Source: a virus (taxonomy: Duplodnaviria > Heunggongvirae > Uroviricota > Caudoviricetes). From it: a stretch of 21,431 nt of DNA. Where the stretch lies: IMG/VR virus record IMGVR_UViG_2563366923_000001, positions 1 to 21,431 of that record; one strand, 5' to 3'. A program made the translations under genes and the position numbers. The notes beneath the pieces were generated by a model that saw only the letters and a list, made by a program, of their open reading frames with translations, did not search any database and was not told the DNA's origin. This document shows, in pieces, positions 1 through 7,893 of this stretch (its first letter is position 1; each line of letters opens with the position of its first letter).

Positions 1-1362
1 ATGTTTAAACCGGAACTCCTTTCCCCGGCGGGAACGCTGAAAAATATGCGTTACGCTTTCGCTTATGGCGCAGATGCTGTTTATGCGGGCCAGCCGCGTT
101 ACTCCCTGCGTGTGCGCAACAACGAATTCAACCACGAAAATCTTCAGCTCGGCATCAATGAAGCCCACGCGCTGGGGAAAAAGTTTTATGTCGTGGTCAA
201 CATTGCACCGCACAACGCCAAGCTGAAAACCTTTATCCGTGACCTGAAACCGGTGGTGGAAACGGGGCCGGATGCGCTGATTATGTCCGATCCAGGGCTG
301 ATTATGCTGGTGCGTGAGCACTTCCCTGAAATGCCGATCCACCTCTCGGTGCAGGCTAACGCCGTAAACTGGGCGACGGTGAAATTCTGGCAGCAAATGG
401 GCCTGACCCGCGTGATCCTCTCTCGCGAGCTGTCGCTGGAAGAGATTGAAGAGATCCGCAATCAGGTGCCGGATATGGAGATCGAGATCTTCGTTCACGG
501 CGCACTGTGCATGGCCTACTCCGGTCGCTGCCTGCTCTCTGGCTATATCAACAAGCGCGATCCGAACCAGGGTACCTGCACCAACGCCTGCCGCTGGGAG
601 TACAACGTCCAGGAAGGGAAAGAAGATGACGTTGGCAACATCGTACACAAGTACGAGCCGATTCCGGTGCAAAATGTTGAGCCGACGCTGGGTATCGGCG
701 CGCCAACCGACAAAGTGTTTATGATCGAAGAAGCCCAGCGTCCGGGCGAGTATATGACCGCGTTTGAAGATGAGCACGGCACTTACATCATGAACTCGAA
801 AGATCTGCGCGCCATCGCCCATGTAGAACGCCTGACCAAAATGGGCGTGCATTCGCTGAAAATCGAAGGCCGTACTAAATCTTTCTACTATTGCGCACGC
901 ACCGCACAGGTTTACCGTAAAGCTATCGATGACGCCGCTGCGGGCAAACCGTTCGATACCAGCCTGCTGGAAACTCTGGAAGGTCTGGCGCATCGTGGCT
1001 ATACCGAAGGTTTCCTGCGTCGTCATACTCACGACGATTATCAGAACTACGAATACGGTTATTCAGTTTCTGACCGCCAGCAGTTTGTTGGTGAGTTTAC
1101 CGGTGAGCGCAAGGGGGACCTCGCGGCGGTAGCGGTGAAAAATAAATTCTCCGTTGGCGACAGCCTTGAGCTGATGACGCCGCAAGGCAACATTAACTTT
1201 ACCCTTGAGCACATGGAAAACGCCAAAGGTGAAGCGATGCCGGTCGCACCAGGCGATGGTTATACTGTGTGGCTCCCGGTCCCGCAGGATCTTGAGCTCA
1301 ATTACGCTCTGCTGATGCGTAATTTCTCCGGGGAAACCACGCGTAACCCACACGGTAAGTGA
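1..1362 (+). CDS. yegQ: U32-family peptidase-like protein YegQ (TrhP, tRNA hydroxylation factor)
   Basis: 453-aa ORF filling the first 1.36 kb with enterobacterial codon usage; sequence recognised as E. coli YegQ/TrhP; gene order yegQ-cyaR-P2 remnant-yegR matches the known E. coli locus. Confidence 0.85.
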   Translation: MFKPELLSPAGTLKNMRYAFAYGADAVYAGQPRYSLRVRNNEFNHENLQLGINEAHALGKKFYVVVNIAPHNAKLKTFIRDLKPVVETGPDALIMSDPGLIMLVREHFPEMPIHLSVQANAVNWATVKFWQQMGLTRVILSRELSLEEIEEIRNQVPDMEIEIFVHGALCMAYSGRCLLSGYINKRDPNQGTCTNACRWEYNVQEGKEDDVGNIVHKYEPIPVQNVEPTLGIGAPTDKVFMIEEAQRPGEYMTAFEDEHGTYIMNSKDLRAIAHVERLTKMGVHSLKIEGRTKSFYYCARTAQVYRKAIDDAAAGKPFDTSLLETLEGLAHRGYTEGFLRRHTHDDYQNYEYGYSVSDRQQFVGEFTGERKGDLAAVAVKNKFSVGDSLELMTPQGNINFTLEHMENAKGEAMPVAPGDGYTVWLPVPQDLELNYALLMRNFSGETTRNPHGK

Positions 1363-1390
1363 TTAATTTCGATTATTTTTCCCGTATGGA

Positions 1391-1446
1391 AAATTCTTAG
1401 AAACCGATCACATACAGCTGCATTTATTAAGGTTATCATCCGTTTC
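1391..1446 (+). promoter_or_regulatory. cyaR promoter region with CRP-like site (TTAGA-N6-TCACA centred about -42) and TATCAT -10 about 7-12 nt upstream of the sRNA 5' end
   Basis: TCACA at 1408-1412 with an imperfect left half-site 1397-1401; -10-like TTATCAT at 1432-1438; CyaR is known to be CRP-activated. Confidence 0.45.
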
Positions 1447-1533
1447 GCTGAAAAACATAACCCATAAAATGCTAGCTGTACCAGGAACCACCTCCTTAGC
1501 CTGTGTAATCTCCCTTACACGGGCTTATTTTTT
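1447..1533 (+). ncRNA. cyaR: CyaR (RyeE) Hfq-dependent small RNA
   Basis: Sequence GCTGAAAAACATAACCCATAAAATGCTAGCTGTACCAGGAACCACCTCCTTAGCCTGTGTAATCTCCCTTACACGGGCTTATTTTTT recognised as CyaR; 3' stem-loop (CCTGTGTAA/TTACACGGG) plus U-tract; lies between yegQ and the P2 remnant as in E. coli. Confidence 0.7.
1507..1533. repeat. P2 att core copy (attR, ogr-proximal): AATCTCCCTTACACGGGCTTATTTTTT
   Basis: 27-bp sequence is the reverse complement of the P2 core AAAAAATAAGCCCGTGTAAGGGAGATT as I recall it; an identical copy lies at 20928-20954. Confidence 0.8.
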
Positions 1534-1595
1534 ACGTACAACAAATTGAAATAAAAGGATTTATTTCTGGTCACGTCCACACATTGACCACATCG

Positions 1596-1630
1596 ACAAA
1601 AAAGCCCCTCGACTGAGGGGCTTTCTGTTT
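1596..1630. terminator. Bidirectional rho-independent terminator (GCCCCTC-GACT-GAGGGGC between an A6 run and a T-rich run); terminates ogr on the minus strand
   Basis: 7-bp GC stem at 1604-1610/1615-1621, preceded by AAAAAA and followed by TTTCTGTTT, 14 nt downstream of the ogr stop. Confidence 0.55.
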
Positions 1631-1634
1631 GTAA

Positions 1635-1853
1635 TTACATCCACATAATTTGCTGCCCTGACGGCAACGGGTGTGGCCTTACGGCGTGGACTTCTCCCGG
1701 CTTCACGATGTATCGCTGTACCGACTCATAAGTGATGAACGTGGCGCTGCAATTCACGTTCTGACACTGGTGATAACGCTCTTTTGTCGTGTCAGTGATA
1801 TAGCGGCTTGTACGCGCATGTGCGGCATGCTGGCATAAAGGACAATGAAACAT
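1635..1853 (-). CDS. ogr: Ogr, zinc-finger late-gene transcription activator (72 aa)
   Basis: Internal Met of the 93-aa track ORF gives MFHCPLCQHAAHARTSRY..., with CxxC...CxxxxC zinc-finger cysteines and length 72 aa matching P2 Ogr; ATG at 1853-1851. Confidence 0.9.
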   Translation of the reverse strand: MFHCPLCQHAAHARTSRYITDTTKERYHQCQNVNCSATFITYESVQRYIVKPGEVHAVRPHPLPSGQQIMWM

Positions 1854-1934
1854 CGCGAGCACCTCTTCCGGTTTTATTGATGGTGCCATTTTAGTTAATT
1901 TATCCTTATAAAACAAACAGATAAAATAAAAACA

Positions 1935-3098
1935 TCACTCATCATCTTCTGTTTCGTACTCCACATCAGAAAGCCTGACCTCAAGCTCTAAAGACGTCGT
2001 GAAGCCGCTATTATTCAGAAAATGTGTCACCTTAGTGATTGTCCAGTCCTGCTCGTCTATGACGCGCTTAAAGCCTGACACTTTAACCGGTGTTTCCGTG
2101 TAAATATCTGCCCGACCGGTAGCCAGGCTGATGGAGAACTCCGCCACACCCCGTTGCAGTTTATCCCACTTCGCCTGAGCGGCGCGCATGGCCTGCGCTT
2201 TCGTGGCATATACCGTAGTCAGGGCAAAAACGTTGTCAGCCTCACCGGCCATGTATTCACCTTCGCGCGCTTCCGGTACTTTTGGCGCTTTCTTCTGCGT
2301 GACCGGTTTCGCTTTCGGGTGCTCCAGTGCGCGCAGGTGTTTTTCTTTCTTTTTGCGTTTCAGTTTTACCTTCTGCTTTTGCGGCTTCGGGTCTTTGGTG
2401 TGTAACCACTTTGCCGTTACGCCGGTGTAAGCTCCACGGTCAGCAATCGCAAAATGATGACGGTCGCCGTCGCTGCGGGTGATGGTAATCTGCGGGATTT
2501 TTTTACCGCTGGCCGTCACCCCCTGCCCCGCTTTGAGAAACAACAGTTTTCCCATTTTTACCGACACCTCACCGCCGTTGCGTTCTGCAAGACGGGTCAG
2601 GAATTTCGCATCAGACTCCTGCGACTGGTCGATGTGCGGGATTTTAATTCCGGCCAGTGACGGAGCGACACTGGCTTCCAGCCTGTTACGGGAGGCTATC
2701 GCTTCAACAATCGCACCGAGTGTGGTGTCATGCCAGGAGCCTTCCCGGCGGGAATTGAGCGTCCCGCGAAAATCTGCACTCCGGGCGCGGATGGTGACCA
2801 CATCCGGCGCGCCCCGGTGTTCAACCTCATCAACGGTGAATTTCCCTTTGCATACCAGGGCAAAACCTTTCCAGCCGATATACACCGTCAGGACAGCGCC
2901 ACGAACCGGTAGCCCGACCTGCCCGTCGGCATCGTTCAGTTCAATATCAAGCTGGTCAGCCTCAAAGCCCCGGTTATCCGTCAGGGTCATGCTCATCAGA
3001 CGGTCGCTGATATTGCCGGTAATATCCCTGCTGTCGAGCATCAGCATGTAATCCGGCGTCAGCGTACTGCCTGCATCAAATGTCAGTGCATCCAGCAT
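1935..3098 (-). CDS. D: P2 gpD-like tail protein (387 aa)
   Basis: 387-aa ORF, same length as P2 gpD and in the conserved position between U and ogr; start ATG overlaps the U stop (TAATG). Confidence 0.88.
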   Translation of the reverse strand: MLDALTFDAGSTLTPDYMLMLDSRDITGNISDRLMSMTLTDNRGFEADQLDIELNDADGQVGLPVRGAVLTVYIGWKGFALVCKGKFTVDEVEHRGAPDVVTIRARSADFRGTLNSRREGSWHDTTLGAIVEAIASRNRLEASVAPSLAGIKIPHIDQSQESDAKFLTRLAERNGGEVSVKMGKLLFLKAGQGVTASGKKIPQITITRSDGDRHHFAIADRGAYTGVTAKWLHTKDPKPQKQKVKLKRKKKEKHLRALEHPKAKPVTQKKAPKVPEAREGEYMAGEADNVFALTTVYATKAQAMRAAQAKWDKLQRGVAEFSISLATGRADIYTETPVKVSGFKRVIDEQDWTITKVTHFLNNSGFTTSLELEVRLSDVEYETEDDE

Positions 3099-3577
3099 TA
3101 TCCCGCCCCCGTCATCCCCGTGAATCTGGTCGCCATACTGCCAGCTTTACCGATGAGCGATTCCGCCTGTTTACCGATATCGCCATAAAGCGCGGCCAGT
3201 GATTCATCAACGCGGGTGAGCGACAGCGTAAAATCAATTTTCCGGGGTGTGCCGTCTGCAAAGAAAATACTCCCTGTTTCACTTACCCTGCTGATGACAT
3301 ACATGCCGTAAATCATGCCGGTGCCATCCAGCAACGGCCACGCCCGGCCTTCATCTGCCATCAGCCTGAGCGTGGTCATCGTCAGCTTTCCGCCGGTCAG
3401 TTCGGGATAAAGCACACCGGCAAGCGTCATGTTTTCCTCACCCACACCGAGAAACTGGTAGGCCTCCCGTTTACCGATACGGGAATTTGACGGCCAGCGA
3501 TAATCTGATTCACGCTGCATGGTCTGGTGTGGCAGCGTCTGGCGCATAAAAACAAACATACCTAACGCGAGCATCAT
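3098..3577 (-). CDS. U: P2 gpU-like tail protein (159 aa)
   Basis: 159-aa ORF matching P2 gpU in length and position upstream of D. Confidence 0.82.
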   Translation of the reverse strand: MMLALGMFVFMRQTLPHQTMQRESDYRWPSNSRIGKREAYQFLGVGEENMTLAGVLYPELTGGKLTMTTLRLMADEGRAWPLLDGTGMIYGMYVISRVSETGSIFFADGTPRKIDFTLSLTRVDESLAALYGDIGKQAESLIGKAGSMATRFTGMTGAG

Positions 3578-3806
3578 TTTTCGTCACCTCCTTAACCGAA
3601 TCCGGGAAGCCACCGAGCGACCACTCCATTGACAGCGCATCGTCATCAAGGCCGAGGTCTACCGGTGCGCTGCCGTTCATCCCCGCACCGCGATAGTTTT
3701 CGAGCTTACGGGTCAGTTTTGGTAGCGTGACGGACTTCGCGACGCCCTGATAGCTGTAGCCGTTCAGAAAGACGTTCATTAACTTGAGTTTGCGCGGCAT
3801 TGCCAT
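3510..3806 (-). pseudogene. FII: Truncated tail tube gene FII (N-terminal about 72 codons fused to out-of-frame sequence upstream of U)
   Basis: ORF begins MAMPRKLKLMNVFLNGYSYQG... (tail tube N-terminus) but is only 98 aa against 172 aa in P2; its last about 27 codons read through the U start region in another frame; genes E, E' and T that lie between FII and U in P2 are absent. Confidence 0.7.
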
Positions 3807-3818
3807 CGGTCAGGCTCC

Positions 3819-5009
3819 TTAATTGCTGTTAACCGAGGTGACCAGATTTGCCAGGTATTTATCGGTAATACGCTGGCGCAGGGTCAGGTTTTCGAGAGGA
3901 GGCACCGGGGTATAGTCGTAGTCGATATACAGTTTTCCGGCCTTGAGGGTTTCCGCATCGTTGGATTCTTCGCTGAACCAGCAGGTCGCATCCACGATAT
4001 AGCCGTTTGTTTTCAGTTCACGGAATTTGGCATTGATGCCGTCAACGATGTCGCGAATCAGCGTTGCGGTGATGGGCTTGTCCACCGCCCACATGTGCGC
4101 CTCAGCCATCGTGTCGGCCAGCACCTGCGCGGTGCGGGTGTAGTTTTCAAAGAGGAACAGCGGGTCATCAGAGCAGGTACGGTTACCCCAGAAGCGGAAA
4201 CCGTCGCGGCGAATCAGCGTTGTGACGCCAGACTCGTTCAACAGGTCAGCATCGGTGCCGGACTCCTGCAAATCCCAGAATACAGATGCGCTGATGCCGG
4301 TAACACCGTTTACCCCGACGTTGGACAGCGTTTTATGCCAGCCCTGCTCCTGGTCGATTTTAGCGCGCAGACCCAGCGCACGGGCGGTGGCATACGCGGT
4401 GGCGGTGGTACTGGTGACCGTATCCCATGCGAGGAAATCCGGCCAGATGACCATCAGCTCACGCTGGCTGAAATTCTGGCGGTAGGCTTTCACCTCGGAA
4501 ATGGTCTTACAGCCCCATGCGCTGATATATCCGAAAGCGCGCAGCTTCTGACAGACGGATGCTAGTGCAACAGCCACCTCTTTGGTATCCAGTCCCGGCA
4601 CACCGAGAATACGCGGTTTAACACCGGTTACCGACTCCGCCGCCAGCAGGGCTTTCAGTCCGGTGTACTGACCGTTTTCGTCGGTGGTGCCGATGATATT
4701 GGAAACGGTCTGCGCAAGTTTCGTTTCCTCGTCGTCGCCGGTGCCGTCTTCCACACGCACGACAACGGTGACCGGTTTTGACTGGTCGGCGATGGCCTGC
4801 AACGATGCCGCCAGCGTGCCTTTTTTACCGGCCTTTGCAATTGCGCTCTGCACATTGGTAATCAACACCGGTTTATTGAGGGGGAAGGTTTCCGCATCCG
4901 CATCGCTGGCCGTGCAGACCATGCCGACAATGGCAGTGGATACGGTGGAAATGACGCGGGTGCCGTCGTTAATCTCCAGCACCTGCACGCCATGATGATA
5001 GTCACTCAT
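3819..5009 (-). CDS. FI: P2 gpFI-like tail sheath protein (396 aa)
   Basis: Track ORF 3819..5162 has an internal start MSDYHHGVQVLEINDG... at 5009-5007, preceded by a GGAG RBS; the 396 aa from that Met matches the P2 FI length. Confidence 0.85.
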   Translation of the reverse strand: MSDYHHGVQVLEINDGTRVISTVSTAIVGMVCTASDADAETFPLNKPVLITNVQSAIAKAGKKGTLAASLQAIADQSKPVTVVVRVEDGTGDDEETKLAQTVSNIIGTTDENGQYTGLKALLAAESVTGVKPRILGVPGLDTKEVAVALASVCQKLRAFGYISAWGCKTISEVKAYRQNFSQRELMVIWPDFLAWDTVTSTTATAYATARALGLRAKIDQEQGWHKTLSNVGVNGVTGISASVFWDLQESGTDADLLNESGVTTLIRRDGFRFWGNRTCSDDPLFLFENYTRTAQVLADTMAEAHMWAVDKPITATLIRDIVDGINAKFRELKTNGYIVDATCWFSEESNDAETLKAGKLYIDYDYTPVPPLENLTLRQRITDKYLANLVTSVNSN

Positions 5010-5100
5010 CCGTTTAACTCCGTGGTTAATGGGTGCAACTATTTTCTGTTGTGCAGAGCATGAGACGCTATTTGACCTGGCTGGCCAGTGGATGAAACAA

Positions 5101-5133
5101 CAGATAAAGAAAAGGCGGGCAATCAGCCCGCCA
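5101..5133 (-). terminator. Putative rho-independent terminator on the minus strand (GGCGGGC-TGATT-GCCCGCC followed by TTTTCTTTATCTG)
   Basis: 7-bp GC-rich inverted repeat at 5113-5119/5125-5131 with a T-rich tract downstream on the minus strand; sits between the Z/fun-position cargo and the FI promoter region. Confidence 0.45.
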
Positions 5134-5378
5134 GCCTTGATTTGCACTCTCTCAATTTCCAACTGACAAAATACGTAGCCAAAACGCTATCAAATCTGAC
5201 AGCCTGCTTTGAGCGAGAAACAGACATGGATGGCATACAGTGAAAGTAGCCGCACAATGAGCATCACTGCAATTCTGAATTCAAGCTCTAATACTATTGA
5301 GACCGTATCATACAGTCACTCGCAAAAATTACTTTACCTGAGTGAAAAAATTGATTCCAAGCAAAATGAAAACTTGTA

Positions 5379-5406
5379 ATTCATTATTACATGCATAATA
5401 ATGAAT
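5379..5406. promoter_or_regulatory. AT-rich 11-bp perfect inverted repeat (ATTCATTATTA-CATGCA-TAATAATGAAT) about 100 bp upstream of the OLD-like gene; candidate operator
   Basis: Read directly from the sequence; a TATATAAA -10-like element follows at 5420-5427. Confidence 0.3.
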
Positions 5407-5508
5407 AAAAACTTGAGCTATATAAACCAAAGTTGTTCCGAATAGTCCGTTGAGACATCACTCGAATTATAGGAATACAAGGTTTTATTTTTATAAGGAA
5501 TCGCTCCC

Positions 5509-7773
5509 ATGGGTTTGCAAAGCATAAGAATAAAAAACTTACTATCATTTAATGATGTAATAATAAATTCCCTAGAGGATGTAAATTGCATTGTAGGGAT
5601 GAATAATGTTGGCAAATCCAATCTTATGAAAATATTGAAATATTTTTACGACAAACTTGACGACATAAAAGTAATACCTCCTGATTTTCATTCTAGTTAT
5701 ACTCCTTCAGGGTCAATAACATTGACTTATGATGTAACAAGAATAAAGAGAATTGTAATGAACCCTAATAACAATGGTCGCTTTCACAAGCATATTTATA
5801 ACACTTTATTTAAGCCACAATCATTCATCCGAAAGCCGCAGAAATTCTGTCTTCCTTTCATATCTCCTTTGGGTTTCCAAAGAAAAAGCACTTATAGCAT
5901 TACACTCACAATTTCTAAAGATGACTCCGTAACTTGGTCAATTAGCACACCAAATGCCCGGCATCTAATTAAAACTCTATTTCCTTTTTTCCATATTGAA
6001 ACCAGACACATTGACTTATACGACTGGAATAGCATATGGAAAATGCTCAGCAGTATAAATTCCTTTAATTTCTCTGAAATAAAAAAAGAAGAACTCCTTG
6101 AGTTTTTGAATGAGAAAATATCAACTAAGCGGGGTAGTTACAAGAAGTATATAGAAAGAGTTGAAAATGTAATCCATACTAAACCTTACACCTATAAAGA
6201 TAAAGTCGTTAATTATCTAAAAATAGTTTTAGATGGCGATATTTTCATAAATAAAGGTGAAGAACTACATGTTCAGTCGGATGGCACGAACTCTCACAAA
6301 TATCTTGAAATTATACTTAGCCTATTAATTTCATTAACAAGAACAGAATTTATCAATCCAATTATATATATTGATGAACCTGAAATTGGGCTACATCCAA
6401 AACTTAGCGAGAACTTTATTGAGAACATAAGCCTGACATATAAAAAGTATGATAAAACCCATGAGGAAATTGAGCCTGGAAAATATTCAACACCATATCC
6501 AACTCTTATATTTAGCACTCATTCTCCGAGTTTACTAAAACTCACGCTAAAATCTTTCTTACATAAACAGCAGGTTTTGCATTTTTCAAAAGAACGTGAC
6601 AACTCGACCAAAATTTCAAAATTAAACTCTAAATATAATGACATTAGATTTATAAATATGCTTAGCGATAATGAGGCCCGTCTATTCTTTAGTGAATACA
6701 TTCTATTTGTAGAGGGCGCCACAGAAGTTGAATTGTTTAGAAATTATAATCTGCAAAAGCTGTTTCCAGTACTTAAAAGGTTAGATGTGTATGATTGCGA
6801 TGAAGTAATGTTGAAAAATATAAACCCCAGCTACTCAAATGCAGCCATCCCATTTCTAGTAGTAAAGGATATTGATCAGATTGCCGTTGTTGACTTCGAA
6901 CATGAACAATTTAAATTTAATTCGAAAGGGAAATCAATTATTAATAAAATCATTAAGAGAGATAAACTACACTATTTTTCGACATACCAAAAACCTTTTC
7001 TTAACGCAGCAAAATTTCTTTTAAGCCAAGATGAAAGGAAAGTAACATTCAGTGAAAATGGCCTAAAATTCAGACACTTCAGTATAGGCAGAGTTATAAG
7101 CGCAGTTAATTTTTTATCCTCTAAAGATAATGTTTATTATACTTCTACAACGATAGAAGGCTCATTGATCAATGAATTCTCTTTAGAGACATTCTCTTTA
7201 TGGATCATTGACATAGTAATGAGAAGCTTTAATGTAAATAATAAAAACCCTGTAAAAATGATTAATGCTCTGCTGCAAAAATACGATATTAAAACCCAAT
7301 CAAAACAACTTTTTCCCAAAATACTTTCAAAATGTGAAACAAATCATGACCTACCATTGCGACACATGAGATTATTGAAAATCATTAAAATTAGATATGC
7401 TAAAGAAATAATTGATGAGTTTAAAAAAACCATCCCCGACGTAAAAGACCAAGTTGCTATCTTGCGCCTTATTTTTAGTGGCAAAACAGAAACTCTTGTA
7501 AGTATAGAAATGCATTATAAAATTGATCAAAAACCGATACGGCAAGATATATTGGATTATATCAAAGCATTAAAGTCAGAAAATTTCTCTTTTATGAGTT
7601 CTTACATAGGAAAGACTTCTGGATGGGTTACAAGCTTCATTGATTTTAGCCTTAATCATTATTCAGCCCTAGATAAAGAAAATGTCGAAAAAAAATTCCG
7701 CTTGGCTTTTCCTGAAATTTCGCATATCATCGATCATGCTTCTTCTTCGATAGAAGCTGGAGGGCTCAAATGA
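5509..7773 (+). CDS. OLD-family nuclease-like protein: N-terminal ABC-type ATPase, central TOPRIM domain, about 300-aa unassigned C-terminal extension (754 aa)
   Basis: Walker A GMNNVGKSN near the N-terminus; Walker B/D-loop IIYIDEPEIGLHP; H-loop FSTHSP; TOPRIM glutamate motif LFVEGATEVELF and DxD-like VVKDIDQIA; AAGGAA RBS before the ATG; strongly AT-rich relative to the prophage backbone. Confidence 0.75.
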   Translation: MGLQSIRIKNLLSFNDVIINSLEDVNCIVGMNNVGKSNLMKILKYFYDKLDDIKVIPPDFHSSYTPSGSITLTYDVTRIKRIVMNPNNNGRFHKHIYNTLFKPQSFIRKPQKFCLPFISPLGFQRKSTYSITLTISKDDSVTWSISTPNARHLIKTLFPFFHIETRHIDLYDWNSIWKMLSSINSFNFSEIKKEELLEFLNEKISTKRGSYKKYIERVENVIHTKPYTYKDKVVNYLKIVLDGDIFINKGEELHVQSDGTNSHKYLEIILSLLISLTRTEFINPIIYIDEPEIGLHPKLSENFIENISLTYKKYDKTHEEIEPGKYSTPYPTLIFSTHSPSLLKLTLKSFLHKQQVLHFSKERDNSTKISKLNSKYNDIRFINMLSDNEARLFFSEYILFVEGATEVELFRNYNLQKLFPVLKRLDVYDCDEVMLKNINPSYSNAAIPFLVVKDIDQIAVVDFEHEQFKFNSKGKSIINKIIKRDKLHYFSTYQKPFLNAAKFLLSQDERKVTFSENGLKFRHFSIGRVISAVNFLSSKDNVYYTSTTIEGSLINEFSLETFSLWIIDIVMRSFNVNNKNPVKMINALLQKYDIKTQSKQLFPKILSKCETNHDLPLRHMRLLKIIKIRYAKEIIDEFKKTIPDVKDQVAILRLIFSGKTETLVSIEMHYKIDQKPIRQDILDYIKALKSENFSFMSSYIGKTSGWVTSFIDFSLNHYSALDKENVEKKFRLAFPEISHIIDHASSSIEAGGLK

Positions 7774-7893
7774 GCTGACGCATGCCGTCACTTGCTCCAG
7801 CAAACACTAGCTCGGATTGTCTTGCGTCCGCTAAGCCGCTTTAAGCCTCACGGGGTGTAAAGATGTTATTGGTATCGAAGAGGAAGCTTTTAC

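Noticed and set aside
186-782. Track ORFs of 79-92 aa (186..461 -, 446..724 +, 543..782 -) inside yegQ
   Set aside because: Entirely overlapped by the 453-aa yegQ ORF in other frames or on the other strand; GC-rich frames give open antisense ORFs by chance; no RBS.
1635-1916. 93-aa extended version of ogr
   Set aside because: The recognisable Ogr protein starts at the internal Met (1853); the upstream 21 codons lack an RBS and would not match the 72-aa Ogr.
2154-3051. Plus-strand ORFs of 60-190 aa antisense to gpD
   Set aside because: Overlap the intact 387-aa D gene on the opposite strand; typical shadow ORFs.
4095-4995. ORFs of 66-156 aa overlapping FI
   Set aside because: Out-of-frame or antisense to the tail sheath gene.
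5010-5100. Ogr-dependent late promoter PF with a TGT-N12-ACA activator box upstream of FI
   Set aside because: Expected here from P2 biology, but I could not locate a clean TGT-N12-ACA match by eye (nearest is TGT-N12-CCA), so it is not listed as a feature.
3819-5162. 447-aa extended FI ORF
   Set aside because: The N-terminal 51 residues are cysteine-rich, low-complexity read-through of the promoter region; the internal Met at 5009 has a GGAG RBS and gives the expected 396 aa.
5509-7773. Interpretation of the 754-aa ATPase as an SMC/RecF/RecN-like or Gabija GajA protein
   Set aside because: A TOPRIM motif is present, which argues against RecF/RecN; the partner gene is an RT rather than a UvrD-like helicase, which argues against Gabija.
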